Shown in pieces: positions 57,162 to 64,000 of a DNA stretch of 64,000 bases. The position numbers were made by a program, and so were the translations under genes. Positions within the stretch are counted from its first letter, which is position 1, and every line of letters starts with the position of its first letter. Under the pieces are notes generated by a model. The model saw nothing but the letters and a program-made list of their open reading frames with translations. It made no database searches and was not told the DNA's origin. The stretch is from Candidatus Woesearchaeota archaeon (lineage in GTDB: Archaea; Nanobdellota; Nanobdellia; Woesearchaeales; UBA10216), in contig JACPBY010000001.1 of NCBI GenBank assembly GCA_016180065.1, positions 30,633 to 94,632 on the forward strand, in the 5' to 3' direction.

Positions 57162-57386
57162 CTATCCTTTTGCCAGGTTCAATATAAGTATTGCAACCAC
57201 AAGGCCGAATATTACAAGGGTTTCCGGTATTACTGTAAGTATCAGCCCCTTGCCGAAAGTTTCCTCCTTCTCAGCCATTGCGCCAACTGCTGCCGAGCCT
57301 ATCTCCTTTTCAGCAATTGCCGCAGCCATTGCACTGATGCCGATAGCCAATGCAGCGCCAATCGCCACTATGCCTGCTTCTGCCAT
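57162..57386 (-). CDS. atpK: A-type ATP synthase proteolipid subunit K (c).
   Basis: Two TM helices with a conserved Glu (VIPETLVIFGLV). The start is placed at the ATG at 57386 (MAEAGIVAIG). Confidence 0.85.
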   Translation of the reverse strand: MAEAGIVAIGAALAIGISAMAAAIAEKEIGSAAVGAMAEKEETFGKGLILTVIPETLVIFGLVVAILILNLAKG

Positions 57387-57408
57387 TTTTTTCCCTCCAA
57401 ACCAATTT

Positions 57409-59274
57409 TTAACCTGTTTTCGTTCCGAACGGCCTGAACGGAATAGCCCCTCCTTCAAAAAACTTTGTGAAAAACTCAACATAATGGAGCCTCAGGCTGT
57501 GCAGGAAGCTCCCGAGAAGCCCCAAGGCGAGGTTTATGGTGTGGCCTACGAACAACACAATAACCGCAGCTACAGAGCCAATAACGCCGCCATGAAACAT
57601 CTCAGCTGCCATGTCATTGATAACAACTGCAAGTATCACTGAAGACAGCCCAACAGCGCCAAGCCTCGCGTACGACATGAGGTTGCTCAGCAGCCCGGGT
57701 ATTTCTATCGGCCCCCTGAAGCCTTCTGCCATTGTTATCAGCATGACCGCCAATACGGCAGCGCCTCCTCCAACATAAGCAGGCAGGCCAATCCTGCCCA
57801 TAATTGACAATACTGCAAGAGCCACGCCAAGCTCCAAAAAAACCCAGCTCAGCTTCCCAGCAAATGCCTTAAACAGGCCCTTGTGCCTAAGTTCATTAAA
57901 GAATCCAAGGATAAACCCGAGATTTATGTGAAACAGGCCAATAACGACTGATATCACAAGCAGCTCATTAATTGCATGAGCCCTGCTCAGCAGCCTTGGA
58001 AGCTCAGTGCCAAACACGCTTTCAAAGCCAAAGGCTTCCCCGAAGAGGAAACCAAAAATTATTGAGGAGACCGACGCGGGGATTACAACATTGACAAGCG
58101 GCGCACTTTTAGGTATTCTGCCCTTAAGCCAGAGCAGGAGAAAAAATGTCACAAGGCCGTAGCCGATATCACCCAGGATGAAGCCGAAGAACAATGGAAA
58201 TGTTATGAACATGAAACTGGTGGGGTCGATTTCATCGTACCTCGGCAAGGCGTAGAGCCTCATGAAAAACTCAAACGGCTTTGCATGTCCGGGGTTGCTG
58301 AGCTTGACAGGAACCTTGTCTCCGTGATGAGGAAGGGCCGCGTCAACAAAAATCCGCTCGCCGGTTGCCATGTTAAGCCTTTCTTCAAGGGCTCCAAGCT
58401 CTTTTGAAGGAACCCAGCCCGTTACAACAAAAGTGCCCTTGCTGACTGCAAACCTGAGAGGAGCCTGGGCTTTCTCAAGCTCAATGCTGATGAGCTGCTC
58501 GGCCAGCAGCAAAAAGTCATTCCACTTCCTGCCCAGCCTTAAAAGGGATTTCTCACCTGATTCCTTTTGCCTTTGCAGCTTTTCCTTTTTCCTGGCAACC
58601 GCTTCCATTGCGGCCGGAACAGAACCGCTCAAGTCTTTGACCTCTGTCAGCTGAACCTCTGAAAAGCCATTTCTGGCAAGAGCCTCAGCGGCTTCACCCT
58701 TTTTTTCAAGGCTAACAAAAAGGGCAATGCCAAACCCTGATTTTTCCTCTGACGTAAACAGCTCAAACCTGTCTGTAATGGCAAGCAGGGATTGCCTTAG
58801 CTTCTTCGCGTCCTTCACTGTTCCTGCAAAGCAAGCAAGTGAGCGGTAGCCTGAAAATGCAGCAAGCCCAAGGCCGAGATTTTTAAGAAATGACAGCTGT
58901 GCATCCTTAATACCAAGCCTTTTCAGCTCCTCATCAGCAGATTTTAAACCGGACATAATGGTATTCACGCCAGCATTAAGCGTTCTTGCAGCCCTTTCAA
59001 GCTCTACAAGGTTCCTCACGCCAACAGCCCGGAAGCCGTTACTCAATTCCTTCTTCCCCGAAATGCCAAGCACAGAAGAAACAGACCTTATCGCAACCAG
59101 AAGCTCAGAAAGCCTGCCTGCCTTTTCAAAAGGGCTTCCTATGTCAAGCTCAAGTTCGCCCCTCTGGTGGTCAATAACATGGACCGCTTTAAGCTTGTGA
59201 AGCTCCTTAACTGTTTTCTCCATAACTGCCTTTGGGCCTATTACGGTTACTTTTTTCATCCTTTCTGGCAGCAT
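57409..59274 (-). CDS. atpI: A-type ATP synthase subunit I (a).
   Basis: 621 aa. N-terminal soluble domain plus C-terminal multi-TM domain. Confidence 0.85.
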   Translation of the reverse strand: MLPERMKKVTVIGPKAVMEKTVKELHKLKAVHVIDHQRGELELDIGSPFEKAGRLSELLVAIRSVSSVLGISGKKELSNGFRAVGVRNLVELERAARTLNAGVNTIMSGLKSADEELKRLGIKDAQLSFLKNLGLGLAAFSGYRSLACFAGTVKDAKKLRQSLLAITDRFELFTSEEKSGFGIALFVSLEKKGEAAEALARNGFSEVQLTEVKDLSGSVPAAMEAVARKKEKLQRQKESGEKSLLRLGRKWNDFLLLAEQLISIELEKAQAPLRFAVSKGTFVVTGWVPSKELGALEERLNMATGERIFVDAALPHHGDKVPVKLSNPGHAKPFEFFMRLYALPRYDEIDPTSFMFITFPLFFGFILGDIGYGLVTFFLLLWLKGRIPKSAPLVNVVIPASVSSIIFGFLFGEAFGFESVFGTELPRLLSRAHAINELLVISVVIGLFHINLGFILGFFNELRHKGLFKAFAGKLSWVFLELGVALAVLSIMGRIGLPAYVGGGAAVLAVMLITMAEGFRGPIEIPGLLSNLMSYARLGAVGLSSVILAVVINDMAAEMFHGGVIGSVAAVIVLFVGHTINLALGLLGSFLHSLRLHYVEFFTKFFEGGAIPFRPFGTKTG

Positions 59275-59277
59275 GGC

Positions 59278-59598
59278 TTAAACCCCAATTTCCCTTTCGA
59301 AGGCTTCCATGACAAGCGCTACAGCATCGGCTGCATTCCTTCCAGCGCTTTTTTCCAATGACTCGAGCTTTTCCGAGCCCTCTGCCAGAAGCTTCTGCCT
59401 TGCGGCAAGCACCCTTTCCTTCTGCTTTTCAAGGCTATGGGCTTTCCTGATTGAAAGCTCGTCCTCCTTTTCCTTTAGAAGCCTGGCAGAATTGCTTCTC
59501 GCTTCGGAAATTATGCCCTGAGACTGCTGCCTCGCCTGCTCAACAATCTTATCCGCTTCGCCCTCCGCGGCCTTAACCTCTTCCAAGACAGTGTTCAT
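59278..59598 (-). CDS. atpH: A-type ATP synthase subunit H. The start is corrected to the ATG at 59598, because the longer ORF would contain the TATA box.
   Basis: Helical E/K/A-rich 106-aa protein that heads the atp operon. Confidence 0.7.
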   Translation of the reverse strand: MNTVLEEVKAAEGEADKIVEQARQQSQGIISEARSNSARLLKEKEDELSIRKAHSLEKQKERVLAARQKLLAEGSEKLESLEKSAGRNAADAVALVMEAFEREIGV

Positions 59599-59644
59599 CC
59601 GAAACAGCCCCAAATAAAGAACAGGCTGAAGGGTTAAAAAACGG

Positions 59645-59652
59645 TTTATAAA
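59645..59652 (-). promoter_or_regulatory. TATA box within GTTTATAAAC, 47 bp upstream of atpH. Candidate promoter of the A-ATPase operon.
   Basis: The same motif recurs at other operon heads in this window. Confidence 0.45.
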
Positions 59653-59719
59653 CATTTTGTAAGTATGTTATAAGGGCAGCTCTACGCCGCCCATGCCAAC
59701 CCTGCATTTCAGGTAAAAT

Positions 59720-59729
59720 CTTTAAATAC
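59720..59729 (+). promoter_or_regulatory. TATA-like box TCTTTAAATA 20 bp upstream of the radB ATG (leaderless).
   Basis: A/T box at archaeal spacing. Confidence 0.4.
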
Positions 59730-59748
59730 CCGGTGCCAGCCTGCTGCC

Positions 59749-60441
59749 ATGGGAAAAGTTTCAACAGGCTCTGCGGCGCTTGACCGGCTGCTGGAGAAAG
59801 GGTATGAGACAGATGTCATAACAACGCTCTACGGCCCTGCCGGCTCAGGAAAGACAACAACCTGCCTGCTCGCGGCACTCAGCGCCGCAACAGCAAAAGA
59901 GAACAAAGACAAGAAAGTGGTTTTCATCGACACAGAAGGGGGATTCTCAACAGAACGGCTTCAGCAGCTAACAGGGGATGAAAAAGAGGCAAGGAAAGCC
60001 CTTGAGAGAATAATGCTGCTCAAAATAACAACATTTGCAGAGCAAAAAAAATGCATAGAGACATTAGCCCAGCAGATTCAGGGCAACTCAGGGCTTTGCA
60101 TGATTATCTGCGACACAATATCCTCTCTCTACAGGATAGAAAGGGGGGAAGACAACATAAACCTCAACCGCGAACTGGGAAAGCAGCTCTCAACACTCCT
60201 CGCAATCGCGAGAACAAAAGACATGCCCGTGATTGTAACAACACCCGTCTATGCAGACTTCGCGGACAAGACGAAGGTGAAAATGGTTGGGGGAGACATC
60301 CTGAAATACAGCAGCAAATGCCTCATTGAGCTAAAAATAAACCACAACGGAACGAGAACAGCTGTCCTGGCAAAGCACAGGAGCGTGCCTGAAAGAGAAG
60401 TTACTTTCAAAATAAAAGAAAAAGGGCTTGAGGAGACTTAG
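59749..60441 (+). CDS. radB: DNA repair and recombination protein RadB (short RecA/RadA paralog).
   Basis: LSTGSAALDRLLEKGYETDVITTLYGPAGSGKTT (Walker A). About 230 aa with no N-terminal HhH domain. Confidence 0.8.
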   Translation: MGKVSTGSAALDRLLEKGYETDVITTLYGPAGSGKTTTCLLAALSAATAKENKDKKVVFIDTEGGFSTERLQQLTGDEKEARKALERIMLLKITTFAEQKKCIETLAQQIQGNSGLCMIICDTISSLYRIERGEDNINLNRELGKQLSTLLAIARTKDMPVIVTTPVYADFADKTKVKMVGGDILKYSSKCLIELKINHNGTRTAVLAKHRSVPEREVTFKIKEKGLEET

Positions 60442-60451
60442 CTTGCTCCCT

Positions 60452-61396
60452 TTATTGTTCCTCCTGCTCCATGCTGTTCCTCAAGACACCATTGACTGAG
60501 ATTATCATGTACTTGAAATATTCAATGAGCCTTGCAGCAACCACTGAGCTGTGCTTCTCGAGCAGACTGTCGCACTCCTTCAGCAAGGCCTTTGAGTTGG
60601 TCTCTGTCCTGAAAGCCTGTGTCTTGTCCCTGTTGTAGTGCACTTTCATCACAGCCTCGTAATGCTTGGCAATCGCGGCATAAATCTCCCTGAACTCCCT
60701 GAACTTGTTCACGTCAAGCTTTTTCTCCTTAGCGAACCTCAGGATGCGCTTAAGCTGGTCGCCAAACCTCTCCAAGTGCGACAACACCTGCTTCGAGACC
60801 ATGATGTTCCAGTAGGTTGTTTCAAACAGCCGCAGCAGCCTCGGGTTGTCAGCAGCTGCCCGTGCTGTCCTCAAGCCGAGCAGGGTAAGCCTGTTCACCT
60901 CATTATCCCTTTCATAAACGCTCTCAGCTTCAGAGCCGGAAAAGTTTTTTGCATCCTCAAGCATTGACCGTATTATGATGTCAACCCTCCTGACAACATT
61001 GCCCATGGAAACTTCCTGGACGTCAAGCAGGTCCTTGGCAACAACCTTTGAAGTCGTTTCCTCAACAATTTCCATCCCTACAAGGCCGTGAAAGATTTCC
61101 TTGACATCCTTTGCCATTAAACCGGCGTCTGTGACTGTAACCACGTCATAATTGTTTATGTAAAGGGATGTTATCTCTGTCTTCAGCTCCTGCACGCCCT
61201 TGCCAGCAGCGCTTATTGCGGCTTCCCTGATTTTGCGGCGCTCGCTGGAATCCTTTGAGGCGAACACGAGCTCATTGGGCCGTTCATCCACCACGAGGAC
61301 ATCGCCCTTCTTAAGCCTGTTTTTCTCAACCCATGCCTTCGGGACAGAAACAACAAAGCTTGAGTTGCCAAACGCCATAAGCTTCCTGAATTCCAT
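60452..61396 (-). CDS. phoU: PhoU-like phosphate uptake regulator with an N-terminal AbrB/SpoVT DNA-binding domain.
   Basis: N-terminal FGNSSFVVSVPKAWVEKNRLKKGDVLVV (AbrB swapped hairpin) followed by two PhoU-like helical repeats. TATA ATTATATAAA at 61417-61426, 21 bp upstream of the ATG at 61396. Confidence 0.65.
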   Translation of the reverse strand: MEFRKLMAFGNSSFVVSVPKAWVEKNRLKKGDVLVVDERPNELVFASKDSSERRKIREAAISAAGKGVQELKTEITSLYINNYDVVTVTDAGLMAKDVKEIFHGLVGMEIVEETTSKVVAKDLLDVQEVSMGNVVRRVDIIIRSMLEDAKNFSGSEAESVYERDNEVNRLTLLGLRTARAAADNPRLLRLFETTYWNIMVSKQVLSHLERFGDQLKRILRFAKEKKLDVNKFREFREIYAAIAKHYEAVMKVHYNRDKTQAFRTETNSKALLKECDSLLEKHSSVVAARLIEYFKYMIISVNGVLRNSMEQEEQ

Positions 61397-61658
61397 CACA
61401 GCCCCCCCACAACACCATTATATAAATTTTAAAATATTAATAACTAATATTTTCTCCCAAAATATAACATATATTAAGTATAGGCATAAGCATATATATT
61501 AAGCTTTTGTTCCGGGCTTCGTGAACCAAAATGGATGAAGAAAGCATAGACGTATACGACGAGCTTGGAGTTGAAGGGCTGCTTGATGACGATGAGCTCT
61601 CCGCAAGGGAAGAAGGATTCATGCTGGGATATGAATCTGAACCGGAAGAGTAAGGCAG

Positions 61659-62261
61659 TCACTCTTCTGTAAAGTCCTCAATGGGAGCCTTGAAATCGTC
61701 ATTGCCCTTAATCTCGCCCCTCAGCTTCATGTACTCCCTGGTCAGGACCCAAAAAAGCAGGCCCAGGCTTTTCTTCCCTTTGTTGTTGCAGGGCACAACA
61801 AGGTCTATGTTGTTTGCCTGGTTGTTGGTGTCGCACAAGGCAATCACAGGTATGCCTATGCGCATGGCGTCGTCAATCACATTCCTGTCCGGCCAAGGGT
61901 CAGTAACCATTACAAGCTTGGCTTCACGGTAGCTGTCAAGTGCCGGGTTTGTGAGGATTCCCGGCATGTATTTGCCAGCAAAAACATTTATGCCTGAGTG
62001 CTTGTTAACAGCCCTGAGGGCTTTCCAGCTGTTCTCCCTTTTCCCGACAATAATGATGTCTCCTGGCTTGTACCTTGAGAGCATATTGGCAGCGTTTTTG
62101 ATTCTTTCATCAATCTTCTGAAGGTTAAGGACAGAGAGCCCATCCGGCCTGGTTTTGTAAATGAACTGCTCCATGTATTTTGTCCTGAACTTAGTGCCTA
62201 TGTGTATTCCTGCCTTTAGATACGAGTCCTGCGGCACCAAAAACTGCCCAGCTTCAGCCAT
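61659..62261 (-). CDS. rps2: Ribosomal protein uS2.
   Basis: Conserved uS2 blocks (LKAGIHIGTK, VIALCDTN). Confidence 0.9.
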   Translation of the reverse strand: MAEAGQFLVPQDSYLKAGIHIGTKFRTKYMEQFIYKTRPDGLSVLNLQKIDERIKNAANMLSRYKPGDIIIVGKRENSWKALRAVNKHSGINVFAGKYMPGILTNPALDSYREAKLVMVTDPWPDRNVIDDAMRIGIPVIALCDTNNQANNIDLVVPCNNKGKKSLGLLFWVLTREYMKLRGEIKGNDDFKAPIEDFTEE

Positions 62262-62438
62262 TCAAACCATCCTCCACAATTAACAGCCCAAGAACATGCT
62301 TGAACTGCAACACAACACCGGCAGGCGCCGATGTGCAGAGACAGCGAACTGTCCCTGTATTATCGCCCGTTGCAGACAACACTCACAATAGGGTGTCTGG
62401 GCAATAAGAAAGTGGATAAGCGGCATGCTTATAAAACT

Positions 62439-63275
62439 TTACTTTTTGCTGCGCTTCGGCTTCGCTGGCCGGGTTTCTGCAGATGCAGCCAGCGGCTTTG
62501 CGGAGATTACATCCCTGTAAGCCTGGCCGTAAAGGCTGGATACGGTTGGCGTTAAAATGACAGCATAAACTGCACTTATGATGGATGCGAGGAGGTTTGC
62601 GGGGGGGTAAAATTGTGCAATGAGCACCAGAGGCAGGATGAGAACCAGCAGCGGAATCGCCAGCCCTATCGAGTAGCCAACGGCGACAATCCAGGGGACA
62701 AAATACGCCAAAGAGAAGGAATACTTCAGAATTTTACGAAGTTCAAAGAAGGCTGCAAAGCGGTTCTCATAAGCAAAATGCGCCATGAGCATGGGGCCTG
62801 AGTAAAACATGAAAAAACTCCATACGAGAGCAAAGACAACGGAAAAAGCGAGCAAAACCAGCCCCACTATCCTCAGCGAACCAGGGCCCTTAAGCAGGAG
62901 TATTAGCAGAATGAGCAGAAAAATAAGAGGCAAGGCGTATATAAGCAACGCAATCGCATACTTAAGCCCTGCCGCGAGAAGAGCGAATGGCTTCTCGAAC
63001 GGCGGCATGATGTTCTTGCCATGAGAAGCGTAGCTCGTAAGCCTTACAGTATAACCTGATATTACGATGTAAAGAATAACTGTGATGATGACAAAAACAA
63101 TAGAAAGGGCAATGAAGTTTGCCAAGCCGGAAGCCATGGCAAGCGATAATACCCCCTTTGGAAACACCTGTGCAAGGTCTGCCGGCAGTCCTGCAACAAC
63201 CACCAGCAGGAACAGGATGCAAGACCTGTGCCAGTTTGTGAAAGGAAGCTTGAAAGCTTCGCCGTAATCTGCCAT
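62439..63275 (-). CDS. Hypothetical polytopic membrane protein (about 6-7 TM) with a basic C-terminal tail.
   Basis: Hydrophobic helices. TATA TTTATAAA at 63299-63306, 24 bp upstream. Confidence 0.55.
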   Translation of the reverse strand: MADYGEAFKLPFTNWHRSCILFLLVVVAGLPADLAQVFPKGVLSLAMASGLANFIALSIVFVIITVILYIVISGYTVRLTSYASHGKNIMPPFEKPFALLAAGLKYAIALLIYALPLIFLLILLILLLKGPGSLRIVGLVLLAFSVVFALVWSFFMFYSGPMLMAHFAYENRFAAFFELRKILKYSFSLAYFVPWIVAVGYSIGLAIPLLVLILPLVLIAQFYPPANLLASIISAVYAVILTPTVSSLYGQAYRDVISAKPLAASAETRPAKPKRSKK

Positions 63276-63394
63276 TGCATTCCTGTCTGCTGGGCGCGTT
63301 TATAAACCTTTTTGCAGCCAGCCACAACACACTCAATTGTTTCACTACTGAAAAGAGATAAATTTATATAGTAGTTAGTGTAGTGCTCAATTCA

Positions 63395-64000
63395 ATGGCT
63401 GGCTTGCTGGAAGGCGTAGTCTGTGGAAATATTGGCGTGGGAGCTATTGGCTCTTACTGGACAAGGCTTCAGAGGAGAGAAGGCGCTCAGGTTCTGGTAT
63501 ATGATGCAAACCATGGAAGAGCACAACAGGTTGCAGAGGATTACGGTGCAGAAGCAGTTTCTCTGGACGAGCTCATTGGGAGTTCAGATTGGATAAGCAC
63601 TGCCGTTTTGCCATTAAAAGAAGTCTTCAGTGTTATGAAGCAGATAGGCGAAAGAAAACAGCTGCTTAAGCCCGGCAGCCTCCTGCTTGACCATAGTGGT
63701 GTTAAAACAGGAACTGCAAGCTTTCTTGATGAACTTTTAAGAAATTCAGGTGTGAGGGAAACGGACACGTTCGCAAGTGCAATGCTTAAAGCTATTGACG
63801 GCAGGGAAGCAGTTGAGGCAATAGCCCTCCACCTTGCGTTCAGGCCTGATGTTGAGTTGGAAGGGCAAAACGTATACATCAGCCCGGTAAAACCAGCAGA
63901 CGGCGGTGTGTGGCTGCCAAGGGTAAAGGGATTGCTCTCTTATTATGGCGCAAACATTCACCAGATGACCCCTGAGCAGCAGGACCTCGTTACCATGCGC
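63395..64000 (+). CDS. tyrA: Prephenate dehydrogenase (TyrA-like). 3'-truncated by the window edge.
   Basis: N-terminal Rossmann-like VVCGNIGVGAIGSY. TyrA blocks LKPGSLLLDHSGVK and GANIHQMTPEQQDLVT. TATA TTTATATA at 63362-63369, 26 bp upstream. Confidence 0.6.
   Translation, partial: MAGLLEGVVCGNIGVGAIGSYWTRLQRREGAQVLVYDANHGRAQQVAEDYGAEAVSLDELIGSSDWISTAVLPLKEVFSVMKQIGERKQLLKPGSLLLDHSGVKTGTASFLDELLRNSGVRETDTFASAMLKAIDGREAVEAIALHLAFRPDVELEGQNVYISPVKPADGGVWLPRVKGLLSYYGANIHQMTPEQQDLVTMR

Noticed and set aside
59599-59655. Longer atpH start (ORF track MFINRF...) and the similar long starts for the lipoprotein (18860), PRC gene (12214), cas4-like (10139) and mscS (12184)
   Set aside because: These use GTG/TTG or place the TATA box inside the CDS. 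Downstream ATGs give canonical N-termini (signal peptide, leaderless spacing).
62331-62555. 74-aa plus-strand ORF in the rps2 upstream intergenic region
   Set aside because: It is Cys/Arg-rich, overlaps the 3' end of the membrane protein gene on the other strand, and lacks promoter spacing. It is likely non-coding. The region may instead hold rps2 promoter or leader structure.
1-64000. tRNA or rRNA genes in the longer intergenic regions (3852-4169, 9920-10138, 29274-29487, 48790-48960, 51219-51450, 61400-61658, 62262-62438)
   Set aside because: By eye, none shows a GTTCGAATC / GTTCAAATC-type T-loop or its complement, a 7-bp acceptor with CCA context, or 5S-like conserved blocks. This cannot be excluded without tRNAscan or Infernal.

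Overview
Archaeal chromosomal segment, about 52% GC. It carries a tandem stop/start ATGA overlap and leaderless-style palindromic TATA boxes (GTTTATAAAC / TATTTAAAT). Lipobox lipoproteins point to a euryarchaeon-like organism. No tRNA, rRNA or CRISPR array was found by eye.

Most of the window is core information-processing and energy genes:
- 5' partial tRNA-splicing endonuclease (endA), FEN1, a Trm5/Taw22-like tRNA methyltransferase, PAN, tldD/pmbA, tyrS, RFC small subunit, pelota.
- ADP-forming acetyl-CoA synthetase, trmB, pheS/pheT.
- A 23-gene r-protein cluster running rpl3 to rpl15, followed by secY and a DUF106 (Oxa1-like) gene.
- NAC, Sec61beta, and a complete A-type ATPase operon in the order atpHIKECFABD.
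- radB, a phoU-like gene, rps2, and a 3' partial tyrA-like gene.

The accessory and unusual content is:
- A co-oriented five-gene cluster at 17487..25193 encoding secreted, lipoprotein and membrane proteins. Two of them are paralogous lipoproteins. One contains three copies of a novel six-cysteine module that overlap a 28-nt exact intragenic DNA duplication. One is a large polytopic membrane protein with a Cys-knot ectodomain.
- Two related multi-hairpin intergenic elements that share the motif TAGCCTCCC(C)TTCAG. One sits in the tyrS leader, the other in the divergent region upstream of pelota.
- A perfect 24-bp palindrome abutting a stop codon.
- Three single-gene islets with atypical AT-rich codon usage: ORF 4170..4673, the vapBC pair, and ORF 30492..31055.
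- A standalone Cas4-like nuclease with no CRISPR array.
- A tandem pair of overlapping paralogous hypothetical genes followed by a membrane protein gene.
- An AATAGTAGT motif recurring at three TATA boxes.
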